From: Carpediemonas membranifera BICM
Taxonomy: Eukaryota; Protista; Fornicata
Reading direction: 5' to 3'
Length of the DNA: 64,000 nt
Assembly: GCA_019828565.1 (NCBI GenBank)
Contig: JAHDYR010000007.1
Coordinates: forward strand, 79,507 to 143,506
A model generated the notes under the pieces. The model was given only the letters and a program-made list of their open reading frames with translations. It did not search any database and was not told the origin of the DNA. Made by a program: the position numbers and the translations under genes. Positions 14,475 to 24,940 of this stretch are shown here, one piece after another. How positions within the stretch are numbered: position 1 is the stretch's first letter; each line of letters opens with the position of its first letter.

Positions 14475-14869
14475 ACTGTATTGTGCATATGCTTCTCATT
14501 TCCATCACGTGTGCCTTGGCAGGCGTCTGTCGTGTTAAAGTCATCAGCACGATGGTGGGGCAGAAGGCGCGTGTTGCTATGCCCAAGCCTTGCCGACGAC
14601 AAAAAGATAGGATGTCGGTTTTGTGTTGTGTGGTTGTCTGGTCGTTGCGCAGTTTAAAGCAGACCAGCTTTGAATCTCGGCGTTGAGATGGTGGGGTGGG
14701 ACAGCCTGCTCTGAGAATAGGCCTAGTAAGCATTGGAAGCACGTTTATAGGGTTGGTTTGGGCCATCGACGCGGCATTATCCCTGATTCGGTCCTGATTC
14801 TGCGATGTCCGGAGAAATCCCTACAGAGGAAGAAGGCCGTTGAGCACCAATTCTTCTGGAGATGGTTGG

Positions 14870-15709
14870 AAAGCGCCATGAGCACGTTTGTAAGTGCAAA
14901 TTGGACGATGGCAGCGAGTGCGGCGAGCGATTCAGCAAGAATGGCGAGCTTGACGTCCACATCGAAGACGTTCACCGCCGAATCCCATGCAAGGCGAATA
15001 GGTGCGGCCATGGCTTCGATACCGAGGATCGTATGATCGCTCACATGCGCCAGCAGCACAAGACCTGCGTCTGCGAAGAATGCGAGTTCGTTCGTCACAA
15101 TGCTATCACAGCACTACACTGGGACAAACAAGGGCGATGTGGAGAGGCATTACATCGCCGCCCACAACGATAAGTGCAATAAGGTGACGCGCCCGAAGAA
15201 ATGGTGCCCTGACTGCAAGAAGGTCTTCGCCAAACTCGACCGCCACCGCCCACCCCGAGCGCCTTGAGGAGAACGAGGCGCTCAAGAAGCGCTTTTGGTG
15301 TGAAGAGTGCGAGAAAGCATGCGCAAATCTCGGGGAACACAGAATACAGCAGCATGGCCCGAAGACCAACTGCCCAGTCGACGGCTGCGAGTTCCAAACG
15401 GCCGACATGAGCTTTTTGAAAAGGCATCTCAAAAAGAGGCACAAGCTGAGCGCCGACGCGGCTGAAGACCTGATGTACCCGCTCCGCCAAGCCCAGGCGG
15501 CCAAGACCGGGAAGACCACCGAGCGCCAGTACCGCCGCTACAGCGAGCCGGCACTCAAGAGCGACCTCGAAGTTCTCTGCGCCGCCGCCGAAGAGTTTGT
15601 GAGTCCGCCGGTCGCCGCTGGAGCCCGTGATGCCGCCTGGCAGCACGAGGCCGACGCCAAGAAGCCGTATGTCAAGAAGAAGCCCTTGCCGCGCAGACGC
15701 AGAGGGTGA
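14870..15709 (+). pseudogene. Multi-C2H2 zinc-finger protein, frameshifted
   Basis: Finger-like segments CGERFSKNGELDVHIEDVH, CKANRCGHGFDTEDRMIAHMRQQH, CPDCKKVFAKLDRH, CEECEKACANLGEHRIQQH, CPVDGCEFQTADMSFLKRHLKKRH are spread over different frames. Confidence 0.7.
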
Positions 15710-15921
15710 GTGTAAAGGACGGTGTTGTGATTTCGTAATCAGTTGATTTGTATTTAGTGTGTGTGTTTAATCTAAATCCAAATGAAGTACCATCATTCGC
15801 GTGTTTCACACCAAAGACGGATTAAGATTTAGCTGATAGCCTGACTGGAACAAGCCAGAGACGTCAAGCCAAGCCATCCTCAGCCTCACTTGTTGTTGCC
15901 CTGTGGGTTGTGGCGGTATTC

Positions 15922-16301
15922 TCACTCATTCATGCGCCTGGATGTCATCCTACTCGTCCCAGAGCAGTGTGGGCATCTGATGGCGATGGTGGGGGTCAGC
16001 GCAGTTGTCTTCCCGGGGACGAGGGGAAAGCAGCAATGCTCGCAGAAGGACCGGCGGAGCTCAGGGTGTCTGGATGAGAATAGAAGCAAATGACAAACAT
16101 GCGAATGACGTTCTTCTGAGCAATGCTCCTCATCATCCGAATATAGCTGATGGCAAGCTCGGGATTGACGTTCGCGACAGCCACGGATGCTTGAAACAAA
16201 TAGGATACTCGAAGGAGTGTTTGCCTGTGTATAGACAGCTTATCTCTCTTGGAAAGCTCTCTTTTGGGCCTCTTTGCCATCGTCTGGCCTGCAGCCGCCA
16301 T
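15922..16301 (-). CDS. RPP21: RNase P protein subunit RPP21/Rpr2; intron 16070-16098
   Basis: RVSYLFQAS...IAQKNVIRIHPELRRSFCEHCCFPLVPG...RCPHC after removing a 29-nt GTTTG..CAG intron. Confidence 0.85.
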
Positions 16302-16458
16302 AAAATGCGGACCTCATTACTTGAGCAACTCAGAGTAATTCGAGGCCGATATGAAGCATTACGAGTACTGGGGTAACGTGGAAATGGTGGGGCTGTGGGT
16401 TATTGCCGGCCGAAATCTGCAAGAAAAAATCTTCACCAACACTAAAGTCGCCAAAAGA

Positions 16459-17223
16459 ATGGTTGGAAGCAATGTTCGCTACCTTGCGGTAGGTAGACGT
16501 GAAGATAGAATGGTTATCGCTTCCTATCTTGCTTTTCAGCACGACTTGAAGTCCATGTACGAAGGTGTCATCGAAAAGGTCGTGCGCTCCGCCCGCCTTC
16601 CCGAGAGGCCGAAACTGACCATCACCAACCGTGATGTAGGCACTATTCACTATGATTCCGACGAAACTAGCATCTACATGATTGTTACGGCCTCTGACTA
16701 TCCCCAGAGGATGGCGTTCAAGCTGCTGGCGGAGATGAAGGACCAGTTCTCGGTCCGCTTCGGCTCTGCGGTCCCTACCGCGTCCGCTAACTCCCTCTCT
16801 AGCCGCTGCAAGAGCGTTCTGTCAAACCTGGTTTCGACTTACGATGTTCTCGAAAACGTCGACAAGATCACCCGCCTGCAGAAGGAGACGGACGCCATCA
16901 AGGACAAGATGCACGACAACATCAACAGCATGCTGAAACGTGGCGATAACATCAACGAGCTGGAGGAGCAGGCGTCTGGCCTCGCCGTTGACGCCCGCGT
17001 ATTCCACAAGGAAGCCGAGAAGATCAAGCGCGCCATGTTCATCCGTAACGTCAAGCTGCTCATCATCCTGGCGCTCATCATCATCGGTGTTCTCTTGTTC
17101 GTGGCGATCGCGTTCGGTGCTCCGTTGGTCTACGTCGTCATCAAGGTAGCGATCGTTCCCCTCTATGAGAAGATCAGGGACGAGTTAAGCAAGGACTCGG
17201 GGGCAGCATTCCTGTTGAGGTAA
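16459..17223 (+). CDS. Longin-domain R-SNARE (VAMP7-like)
   Basis: Longin motif YPQRMAFKLL, synaptobrevin motif MHDNINSMLKRGDNINELEEQA with the R layer, C-terminal TM helix. Confidence 0.9.
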   Translation: MVGSNVRYLAVGRREDRMVIASYLAFQHDLKSMYEGVIEKVVRSARLPERPKLTITNRDVGTIHYDSDETSIYMIVTASDYPQRMAFKLLAEMKDQFSVRFGSAVPTASANSLSSRCKSVLSNLVSTYDVLENVDKITRLQKETDAIKDKMHDNINSMLKRGDNINELEEQASGLAVDARVFHKEAEKIKRAMFIRNVKLLIILALIIIGVLLFVAIAFGAPLVYVVIKVAIVPLYEKIRDELSKDSGAAFLLR

Positions 17224-17396
17224 GCGTGGTTAGTGGATAGTTTGTAAATTCTGTATGAATGTCGACCAGGGAACAGCGAGCGATATGTGTCTTTATCCAG
17301 GGGCATATGATTGTACCTGTCCATTTCCAAGCACTTGCTTCAATCGCATTTATGGTATACATGAGCGATATGTTTTGCTTTTCTCAGCAGCAAACA

Positions 17397-18200
17397 ATGG
17401 ACGTTTCTAAGATCCTGGAGGCGAACAAGAAGAAGCTTGCTCTTCCTTCGCCGTTTCCAGACAAGGAAGATACGCTTTCATATGATCTGGCCATCAAAGC
17501 TGCCTCGGATAACATGCCCGTCAGCATTGGCACTAATTTCGTCGATTCGATGAAGACTATCAAGGTTCTTACCCGTGACAACCTTCAGCTGCTCACTAAC
17601 CACATATTCGACCTTCCAAAGGACGGCAGCGTGTTCATTCTGCCCCCCAGGAGCGAAGTTCTTCCCAGAGCTCTCGCCCCGCCCAAGCCGAAGAAGCCAA
17701 CGAAGTGGGAGAAGTTCGCACAGGAGAAGGGTATTAAGAAGCGCACGCGCATGGAGCGTAATGTTCTTGACAAGTCCACTGGCCAATTCACTCCTCGTTT
17801 CGGCATGAAGGCCAAGCGAGTTGAGGACGATTGGCTGATGGTAGACAAGATGAACGCCAAGTACGAAGAGGGCGAGGATCCCTTCCTCGTTGCCAAGCAG
17901 GGCCGCAAGGAGCGCGTCGCTGAGAACGCCAAAAAGGCGAAGCAGAACACCTTCAGAGCCGAGCGTGGCACCCCTGCCGCTTCCAAGCGGAAGACCGACA
18001 TCATGCACTCTCTTTCTGCTGCCAAGCTCGGTACCGCCAGCCAGGGTCTGTTTGATGCTAAGATTGCTAATGAGCCTGCTCAGAAGTCACACAAGCGCCG
18101 CCACTTCCAGGAGAACTTCTCCAAGGGCGGCCAGAGCGCTGAGAGAGACGCCCAGGCGAAGATCTTGGGCAAGGTTCTCAAGCGGACAGCGAAGAAGTAG
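17397..18200 (+). CDS. RRS1: Ribosome biogenesis regulatory protein RRS1
   Basis: TRDNLQLLTNHIFDLP, LPRALAPPKPKKPTKWEKFAQEKGIKK, FTPRFG, LGTASQGLFD. Confidence 0.9.
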   Translation: MDVSKILEANKKKLALPSPFPDKEDTLSYDLAIKAASDNMPVSIGTNFVDSMKTIKVLTRDNLQLLTNHIFDLPKDGSVFILPPRSEVLPRALAPPKPKKPTKWEKFAQEKGIKKRTRMERNVLDKSTGQFTPRFGMKAKRVEDDWLMVDKMNAKYEEGEDPFLVAKQGRKERVAENAKKAKQNTFRAERGTPAASKRKTDIMHSLSAAKLGTASQGLFDAKIANEPAQKSHKRRHFQENFSKGGQSAERDAQAKILGKVLKRTAKK

Positions 18201-18637
18201 AGTAGTGGTAAAGTTCTTGCGGTTTGACTCTTTGGCAGAGGGATAGCGATCAGTGGCCTCTATGGCGACATACTATTAGGTCGCGTGTGGTGGTAGCATG
18301 ACTTCGCTGTGTTCAGCGCGGTCTGCGTGCCACAGAGGCCGTTTCTGTCCATTCTGAAAAAAGAAAAACTCAGTTCAATTGGCATCGCGGCATTAGTTGG
18401 CCATCCTGGTATTGCTGGAATATTGACCTCGAGTCCCCATAAGCTGACTGTAGATTATTAGATCTGTGTCGATCTTCCACAAAAACAATTTATCAAAAGA
18501 GGGTCGAGCATAGCCGTCCATGGTGCAGACGATGTCACCCAAGCATTGTCTGGTCAAGATTGGTCTTCAAAGAAATTTGCTTCGTATTTTCCACAAGGCA
18601 GCGGCTCGCCACACATTTGGGCCAGAACGAAAGCGCT

Positions 18638-19327
18638 ATGACTGATTTTGGACAGTTGTACGAGCATCTACCGTCTCAATGTCGTCGACTTGAGACGATT
18701 GATGCTGCGAAGATCATTCAGCGGGCTTGGCGTGCAAGATCCGTTCGTACGCGCAGCAGCTCGACGCTGACCAGCTCCTCTGGTGTTATTGACGATGATA
18801 TTGACTCTATTGATGCCATTGAGTCCCTTAACGAGCTTTACGCTCATCCAATGTTCCAGGAGATCCTAACTCAATACAGAGCGGGACGTCTCACACCATC
18901 GTGTAGGTGCCAGCGGCACTTCCATGCCATGACTGATGAGAACCTTGCTCAAGCACTATCCTATGCCTTTTGGGACACTATTCAGGCCAATTCCCTCTTG
19001 ATGTGCAGTCTCAACAAGCAGTCTTCCCTCGATGGCCAGCATCAGGACCTTTTGCAGGAGGCTGCCATAGCTGTGCGTCACCTGCCCTGCATTAGAGCAC
19101 AGGTCAAGCCAACCAAGGGCCGCTGCCAGGTAGCTATCCGTGGGTCGACAAAGCTCCAGTGCAAGAAGCCTTGCCCGCAGCAGAGGCCTGTCGAATGCCC
19201 CCCGCGCACACCACCCAGGATCCACCAGGTTCTATCCCCCGTCACAGAGCAGTCGCCCGTCGTCCGTGCGTGCGACATGACCCCTGCCGTCTGCTGCGAG
19301 CTGACGTCCAGAGCATTCCGGGTCTAA
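18638..19327 (+). CDS. Hypothetical protein with a single IQ motif
   Basis: AAKIIQRAWRARSVR; otherwise no known domain. Confidence 0.6.
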   Translation: MTDFGQLYEHLPSQCRRLETIDAAKIIQRAWRARSVRTRSSSTLTSSSGVIDDDIDSIDAIESLNELYAHPMFQEILTQYRAGRLTPSCRCQRHFHAMTDENLAQALSYAFWDTIQANSLLMCSLNKQSSLDGQHQDLLQEAAIAVRHLPCIRAQVKPTKGRCQVAIRGSTKLQCKKPCPQQRPVECPPRTPPRIHQVLSPVTEQSPVVRACDMTPAVCCELTSRAFRV

Positions 19328-19596
19328 TCAAGTTCATCACATACCCAGCATCTTATTCTTCTCTTATCCATAAATTCTGCCGAACAGACATGGATTGGGC
19401 CAGTTAGAGATCAGAAGAATGGTTGGTCAAGTGACAGCGCAATCGAATCAGATGGAGATGGAACGAATGAAATCAACGGGGGATGTGGGATAGGAGCGAT
19501 TGCTTTGGCTGGATTACATATACTGATAACTCTCAACTCCACCTCATGTACAGATGTAAACGCGTAAATGGCGGGTTTTGCGAGTTGTCCGGAAGA

Positions 19597-20366
19597 ATGG
19601 CAACGCTCGAATCAATCTTTCACCAGTTCGCACAGGACTATTCCATCGCTTCCTACCTAGAAGAGTCGCAAGAACGCGAGAGACGTCGTCTTCAGATGGC
19701 GCTCTCCCGTGTTGAGGCCGATTTGGATGACGCATGCAATCGTTTGCCCTCCACGCAGCATTTACACAGAATTCACCGATTTTGCGGATCTATATGCGTC
19801 ATGCAAGGGCTCCTTACATCAGTTTCACAACGACAGCCGCAATTCCGCCGCGATTATCACCGAGCTTCAGGTGCTTGCTCGAGACTTCTTTGCAGACCGA
19901 GAGGTTTGGACCCACGCCCACCCTGACACAGCAATCACTCATAACATCCAACACGATTAGCGGTCAGATCGAGCAGGCGAAGGCTGACATCGCATCCTCT
20001 CAGTTCGACGAAGCAGTACTCAAGGCGGAGCTCGATGTCCTATATGATGAGATCACGCACGAGCGAAAGCACCAAACCCGTCTGTCCGAACAGCATGAGG
20101 CCAAGGAGGCGAGTGTCCAGCATTACATGGGCCATGTCCAGGCGGCTTGCTCGAGGACGGCGGGAGGCAAGTCCTTCATGGCAGCACAGGCAGCAATCAA
20201 GGCGGAGATGGAGGAGCAGGCATCGTTGAAGCAGCGTATAGCTAGCTATGACCGGGAAATAGCTCAGCTTCAGGGCCGTCTGACATGCGGGAGCGACGAG
20301 CAGCTTACCGGCCTCAAGAAGACGTTGCTGGATCTCAAGACCAAATACAACAAGCTCACAGCCTGA
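19597..20366 (+). CDS. Coiled-coil hypothetical protein; introns 19742-19769 and 19904-19931
   Basis: Three overlapping ORF-track pieces join in frame after removing two 28-nt GTTTG..ACACAG introns. Confidence 0.7.
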
Positions 20367-20410
20367 CGTGCTTTACATACAGCATCGCATAAATGCATAA
20401 ATCATTACCA

Positions 20411-20997
20411 TCATCCAGGGCCTAGTGCGACGGTGAGGTTGACGGTAATAAACCCGTGCGTTTTCGTCCTGACCCTATCACGACCAAAGTTGTGTGCCAA
20501 ACTATGTGATGGGTTTTTGAACTCTGTATGATGCCCTTGCACGAATGATGTTATCGCTTGCATCATTGAGGTTGCCTTTGGCCTGAAGATTGGAAGCTCA
20601 ATGGTGTAGCTCCCCGGAAACATGGGAACGTGGCCCACAGCGTACCCCCGAGGGATATTGCGGCCGAACATATCGGGGCCCATGAACGAGAAGCATAGCT
20701 GTGGCCAGCCATGGGCGGATGAGCCTCTGAGGGCCGCGAAGAAGGGTTGGTTGAACGCAAAGGACTCGCTCACGCGAACACCACGCATACGATGACTTAG
20801 CTGGGTGGTGCACTGGTCATTTCCGTTCATGATCTCCCAATTACATGTATCCTTGTCCTTTTTGAAGACAATCATCAGTTTCGCCGCAAGCGCGGAGCAA
20901 TCTTCGTACTTTGTGAGAAGATCTGGAGGAAACATACTTCTGCCGTTTCAATTGAGCCATTGATCGTGAGTGTAAAGGCGTCGCTGTCTTTCTGCAT
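20411..20997 (-). CDS. B9D1: B9-domain ciliary transition-zone protein (B9D1-like); intron 20909-20937
   Basis: INGSIETAE...FNQPF...HGWPQL...GPDMFGRNIPRGYAVGHVPMFPG. Confidence 0.85.
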
Positions 20998-21285
20998 TCT
21001 CTCAACAAAGAAATTTTGACAAAATCTGCACACGCAGAGTTGGCCTAATTCGGGCCGGAAGAGGGTCTACTCAGTGCTGCATACGTATTCATAGCAGATT
21101 ATAAACGCGAATGGCCACTTTTCTTTCGGTCATCATTTGATCAATCTTTTCAACACTCCGGCGGCCCCGGTCTAGCTTACGAACACCATGCCATGGGTGC
21201 TCCAGGCACCCTCTGGCCCGGAATTTCCCGGGTCCATGTTCTTTCCTGCCACAACGGACGTTGCTCTGAAAACGTTGAAACGTCG

Positions 21286-22440
21286 ATGTCAGCGGCGGAT
21301 AGTACTGCTCAGGTTACCAAGTCCAAGACCAATCCCCGTCTCTTCTTCGTGTTTACCTCTGCGGACTGCAACCTGTCCTGCACGTACTGCGGTGCCACGG
21401 CCGAAGACCTGCAGATGCCACACCGTCCTACATACCCTGTGGATGATCTTGCCAAGTTCTTCGAGTCTGAGGATGGCGAGGGAATTACCGTCGTCTTCTA
21501 TGGTGGCGAGCCGCTAACAAGCATTCCGTTCCTTCGGAAGGTGATGGACCGTTACCCCAAGGCGCAGTTCATCCTCCAGTCCAACGTCACGCTGCTCCAC
21601 TCCTTGCCGACAGAGTACCTCCTCCGCCTTTGGTCCATTCTTGTGTCCATTGACGGCAGTGAAGCTACCACCGATGGCTACAGATCAAAAGGACTCTACA
21701 AGAGGGTGATGGATAACGTCCAGGACGCCATCGACAGGGGCTACAAGGGCCCTCTGGTAGCCCGCATGACGTGCTCGATGAAGACGGACATTGCTGCTGA
21801 AGCAATCCATCTTCTCCGTGATGCGCCGGTCCCATTCACCGCGGTCTACTGGCAGATGGACGTCGGTTTCGATGCTCCCATGAACACACGTTGGGGCGAC
21901 TTCCCCGGCTGGATGAACAATCAGTACAAACCCAGCCTCGATCGTCTCCGCGATTTCTTCGTTGCTGAGCTGAAGGAGGGTCGCGCGCCGATCATTGTGC
22001 CCTTCCTCGGTGTCCTCAACACCGTCCTTGGCCGCTCTGAGATCAATGGCCTCCGCTGTGGCGTTGGTGTCGACACCTGGTCAATTACCACTGATGGCCG
22101 CCTCATGATATGTCCGGTTGGCTTCGACGAGCCATGGAACTGTATTGGCGACATCCACACATCCACCAAGTCAGACCTCGGGCGCGTCGACGTAGCCGGT
22201 GCCTGCGACAAGTGCTCCATCCGTAACGTCTGCGGAGGCCGCTGTCTTTACGTTAACAAGACGGCCTGGTGGGGCGATGAAGGTATGGACTGGATCTGTG
22301 AGGGTGTGAGGTATTTGGTCAAGATCATGGAGGATCTTGTTCCTGATGTCAAGAAGATGCTAGAGGAAGGTCACCTGGCCCTGGAGATGGCCCTCGATGA
22401 CCCCGCGCTGTCGGATTTCAGCCTCGAGATCATCCCTTAA
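21286..22440 (+). CDS. Radical SAM/SPASM-domain enzyme, prokaryote-type (resembles the AF0577/TIGR04084 putative peptide-modifying family)
   Basis: CNLSCTYC, FYGGEPL, VSIDG, ARMT, WQMD, IVPF, CGVG..CP, CDKCSIRNVCGGRC; intronless. Confidence 0.85.
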   Translation: MSAADSTAQVTKSKTNPRLFFVFTSADCNLSCTYCGATAEDLQMPHRPTYPVDDLAKFFESEDGEGITVVFYGGEPLTSIPFLRKVMDRYPKAQFILQSNVTLLHSLPTEYLLRLWSILVSIDGSEATTDGYRSKGLYKRVMDNVQDAIDRGYKGPLVARMTCSMKTDIAAEAIHLLRDAPVPFTAVYWQMDVGFDAPMNTRWGDFPGWMNNQYKPSLDRLRDFFVAELKEGRAPIIVPFLGVLNTVLGRSEINGLRCGVGVDTWSITTDGRLMICPVGFDEPWNCIGDIHTSTKSDLGRVDVAGACDKCSIRNVCGGRCLYVNKTAWWGDEGMDWICEGVRYLVKIMEDLVPDVKKMLEEGHLALEMALDDPALSDFSLEIIP

Positions 22441-22500
22441 GAGAAAAAAACGGTTCAGAGATAGTGTTATTTATGCGGTGACGGTGTAAAAATGACATCT

Positions 22501-24393
22501 TCAAAGCGTCCCAAATTTGTTACGCCCCGCCTGCCTCGATTCAATCATCATAATATCGCGGGTGGCCCTCTGCAGTGCGCCGTCCCCTCCATCGTTGCCG
22601 TAGCCTGGCGACTTGGTGAAGTTGTCAGCGAACCTGGCTGGGAATGGAGCAATAGCAGAGCGATGCTGGATGGCGCGGGGGCCAGGCGAAGTTGTCCCGA
22701 TCATATCAACGTCTTGATCGAGGTCCTCCTCACCAATCGCGTCAATCTGTTTGGAGAAGGCTGCTTTCCTACTGAGTACGAATACGATGATCAGTGCGAG
22801 GATGGCGATGACGACAACACCGCTGGTGGAGGCAATCTCGATGAGGTGAGTGGCCGTATACTTCAATGCCAGCTGAGCAACATCACTTTCCATAAATAAA
22901 TCGACGAAATCCCTCAAATAATACCAACTAATCCACAAAACGATGTCAAGTCCCAACAGCTGGAAACGGTGGCTTGATGAAAGCCCTGGTACGACGAGAC
23001 TGATCACCGTGAAGACCACGAGCAGCACAAACAGAGGGCCGATGTGAGGTTTGGCCTTCTGGGCAGTCGCGAGGTCCTTTCCTCTCGTATCCAGCGTATC
23101 GAATACATCTTGGACACGAGCGGGGTCAGCCCAACAATTTGAAGTGCGGCTACCCACTGCCCTCTGAAGAGCGTCATAGTCCTTGCGGCGTTTGACCTTG
23201 TATAGGTCGCTGAGGAAGCTGTGAACATCCGTCACACAGGCAGATGCCGCGGCGTCAAAGTTCATCTTGACGCAGCGCTGCAACAACACCGTTGAATTGA
23301 ATGAGCAATGCTTGCACCGCGAATGGAATATACGGTCGGCATCCTCGATAAGCTGCGTCACCTGGCCTTTGAACACGTCGCCATGGACGGGAATCATCGT
23401 GCTCACCTTGGTAATGAGATCAGCTTCAACATCAGCTGTCACAGTGCGGGATATCTGTGTGACAAGGCTCTCGGTAGTCGGGGTCGGGTTGGTCAACAGA
23501 ACAGATATGAGGCCCTCAATAAGATTCAGTCGGCGACTTGCTGGGATCCATGACCGCGATCTGTTGACAACATGGGCTCGCACATCTGCCAATGCATCCA
23601 GATACGGTTCATCAAACTCAATATCGCCCGAATCTAGCTGATTCCAAAGAGTTGAGTCGGCCACGGCTGGTGGGAGGGTCATGATGGGGGTACCGCCCCC
23701 AGAGAAACGGCCGAGTGTGTCTCGGACCAGCTGCATGGCCTTATGGCTGCCTGGCATGTTCTCCACGGTGGCAGCGAGAGATCCTTCATTGAGTGTGAAC
23801 TTCTGCACTGTGAACAGCAAGTGAGGCAGGGCTAACGTGTCCGAGTACACTTCTGACAAGGTCAGCGCGTCCACAGCCTCGAGAAGGTCGGCCATGTCAA
23901 GCTTATGGTCGGTGTTGAAGATGGTGAGATCCGACATCGCCAAACTGACCAGCACCAACGCGTGGTCGGTCGATTCATCGCCCAGGGCAGAGTGTACGCC
24001 CTCTACGTCGAGCACGACAGCACAGCGGCGACAGGGGGAGCCAGCAGTGCATGGCCTGAAGTCTGGGGTGTCTATGCATACTGGATGGGAGGCCCAAACT
24101 CCCGTGGTGCCGGGAGACGAGGCGTCGGATGAAACGTTGAGGCGCTCTTGGTCGTTGGAAAGACCTAGAAGCTCATTGATCATGAAGCTCTTGCCACGCT
24201 TGTTGCGTCCGACAACGGATATGAAGTGATAGGGATGGGAACTGTTCAAAATGTCACGACCTGCTTCCGTTAGCACGATATGATCGTTCACTGACGCTAT
24301 AATTTGACGTGGGTATGCCATTTCCTGCGCACATAGCGCTACTGTTACCAGAATTGCCAGCAACCCAAAGAATCTTCCAGAAAGCCACTGCAT
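22501..24393 (-). CDS. GBP/atlastin-family large GTPase-like protein with N-terminal signal peptide and C-terminal TM helices
   Basis: ISVVGRNKRGKSFMINELL (G1), TTGVW (G2), VLDVEG (G3); hydrophobic N-terminus and about three C-terminal hydrophobic segments. Confidence 0.75.
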   Translation of the reverse strand: MQWLSGRFFGLLAILVTVALCAQEMAYPRQIIASVNDHIVLTEAGRDILNSSHPYHFISVVGRNKRGKSFMINELLGLSNDQERLNVSSDASSPGTTGVWASHPVCIDTPDFRPCTAGSPCRRCAVVLDVEGVHSALGDESTDHALVLVSLAMSDLTIFNTDHKLDMADLLEAVDALTLSEVYSDTLALPHLLFTVQKFTLNEGSLAATVENMPGSHKAMQLVRDTLGRFSGGGTPIMTLPPAVADSTLWNQLDSGDIEFDEPYLDALADVRAHVVNRSRSWIPASRRLNLIEGLISVLLTNPTPTTESLVTQISRTVTADVEADLITKVSTMIPVHGDVFKGQVTQLIEDADRIFHSRCKHCSFNSTVLLQRCVKMNFDAAASACVTDVHSFLSDLYKVKRRKDYDALQRAVGSRTSNCWADPARVQDVFDTLDTRGKDLATAQKAKPHIGPLFVLLVVFTVISLVVPGLSSSHRFQLLGLDIVLWISWYYLRDFVDLFMESDVAQLALKYTATHLIEIASTSGVVVIAILALIIVFVLSRKAAFSKQIDAIGEEDLDQDVDMIGTTSPGPRAIQHRSAIAPFPARFADNFTKSPGYGNDGGDGALQRATRDIMMIESRQAGRNKFGTL

Positions 24394-24426
24394 TCAACGA
24401 ATGTGCAGATTAAGATCAAGTGTGAG

Positions 24427-24906
24427 ATGGAGACGTTCCCGCCCTGTTCGCGCGATACGCTTCCTGTAGCGCCATCTCCACTCACCAAAACCGAGCCTTT
24501 GCCCATCAATTTCTGCTGTTCAATCGCCGACTTTGAGAAAATCTCTCAAGGTGCCTATGTGGACGGTGTTTGGGGCATGTTTGTAGAGAACGACACACTA
24601 TACATGGTTCGGTCTCGCACAGGCTTCACCGTCTATGAAATCCCGTTTGTCCGTGAGAATGATGTGGTGAAGCCAGCGAACGCCGTCGTCAACAGGGACC
24701 CCCAGCAATACAAGGAGGACGACATAGCCTACGATGCCGCCCTTGCCGCATTCATCATAGCTGTCATCATGCTTCAGCGTGATGAGGCATTCCCGTTGCA
24801 TGAGCGGGTCGCCAAGTCAAATCCACCACCAAAAGTAGTCCTAATGATTCAGGGCAGATCTGCAGGCACATGCGTCGAGAAGTACTACTCCTGGCCGAAG
24901 AAGTGA
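24427..24906 (+). CDS. Conserved hypothetical protein of bacterial appearance
   Basis: W.MFVENDTLYMVRSRTGFTVYEI..VNRDPQQY..DD pattern recalls uncharacterised bacterial proteins (recollection, not searched). Confidence 0.6.
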   Translation: METFPPCSRDTLPVAPSPLTKTEPLPINFCCSIADFEKISQGAYVDGVWGMFVENDTLYMVRSRTGFTVYEIPFVRENDVVKPANAVVNRDPQQYKEDDIAYDAALAAFIIAVIMLQRDEAFPLHERVAKSNPPPKVVLMIQGRSAGTCVEKYYSWPKK

Positions 24907-24940
24907 GCGTGGTAATTGTAAAGGCGCGTTTTTAGATAGT

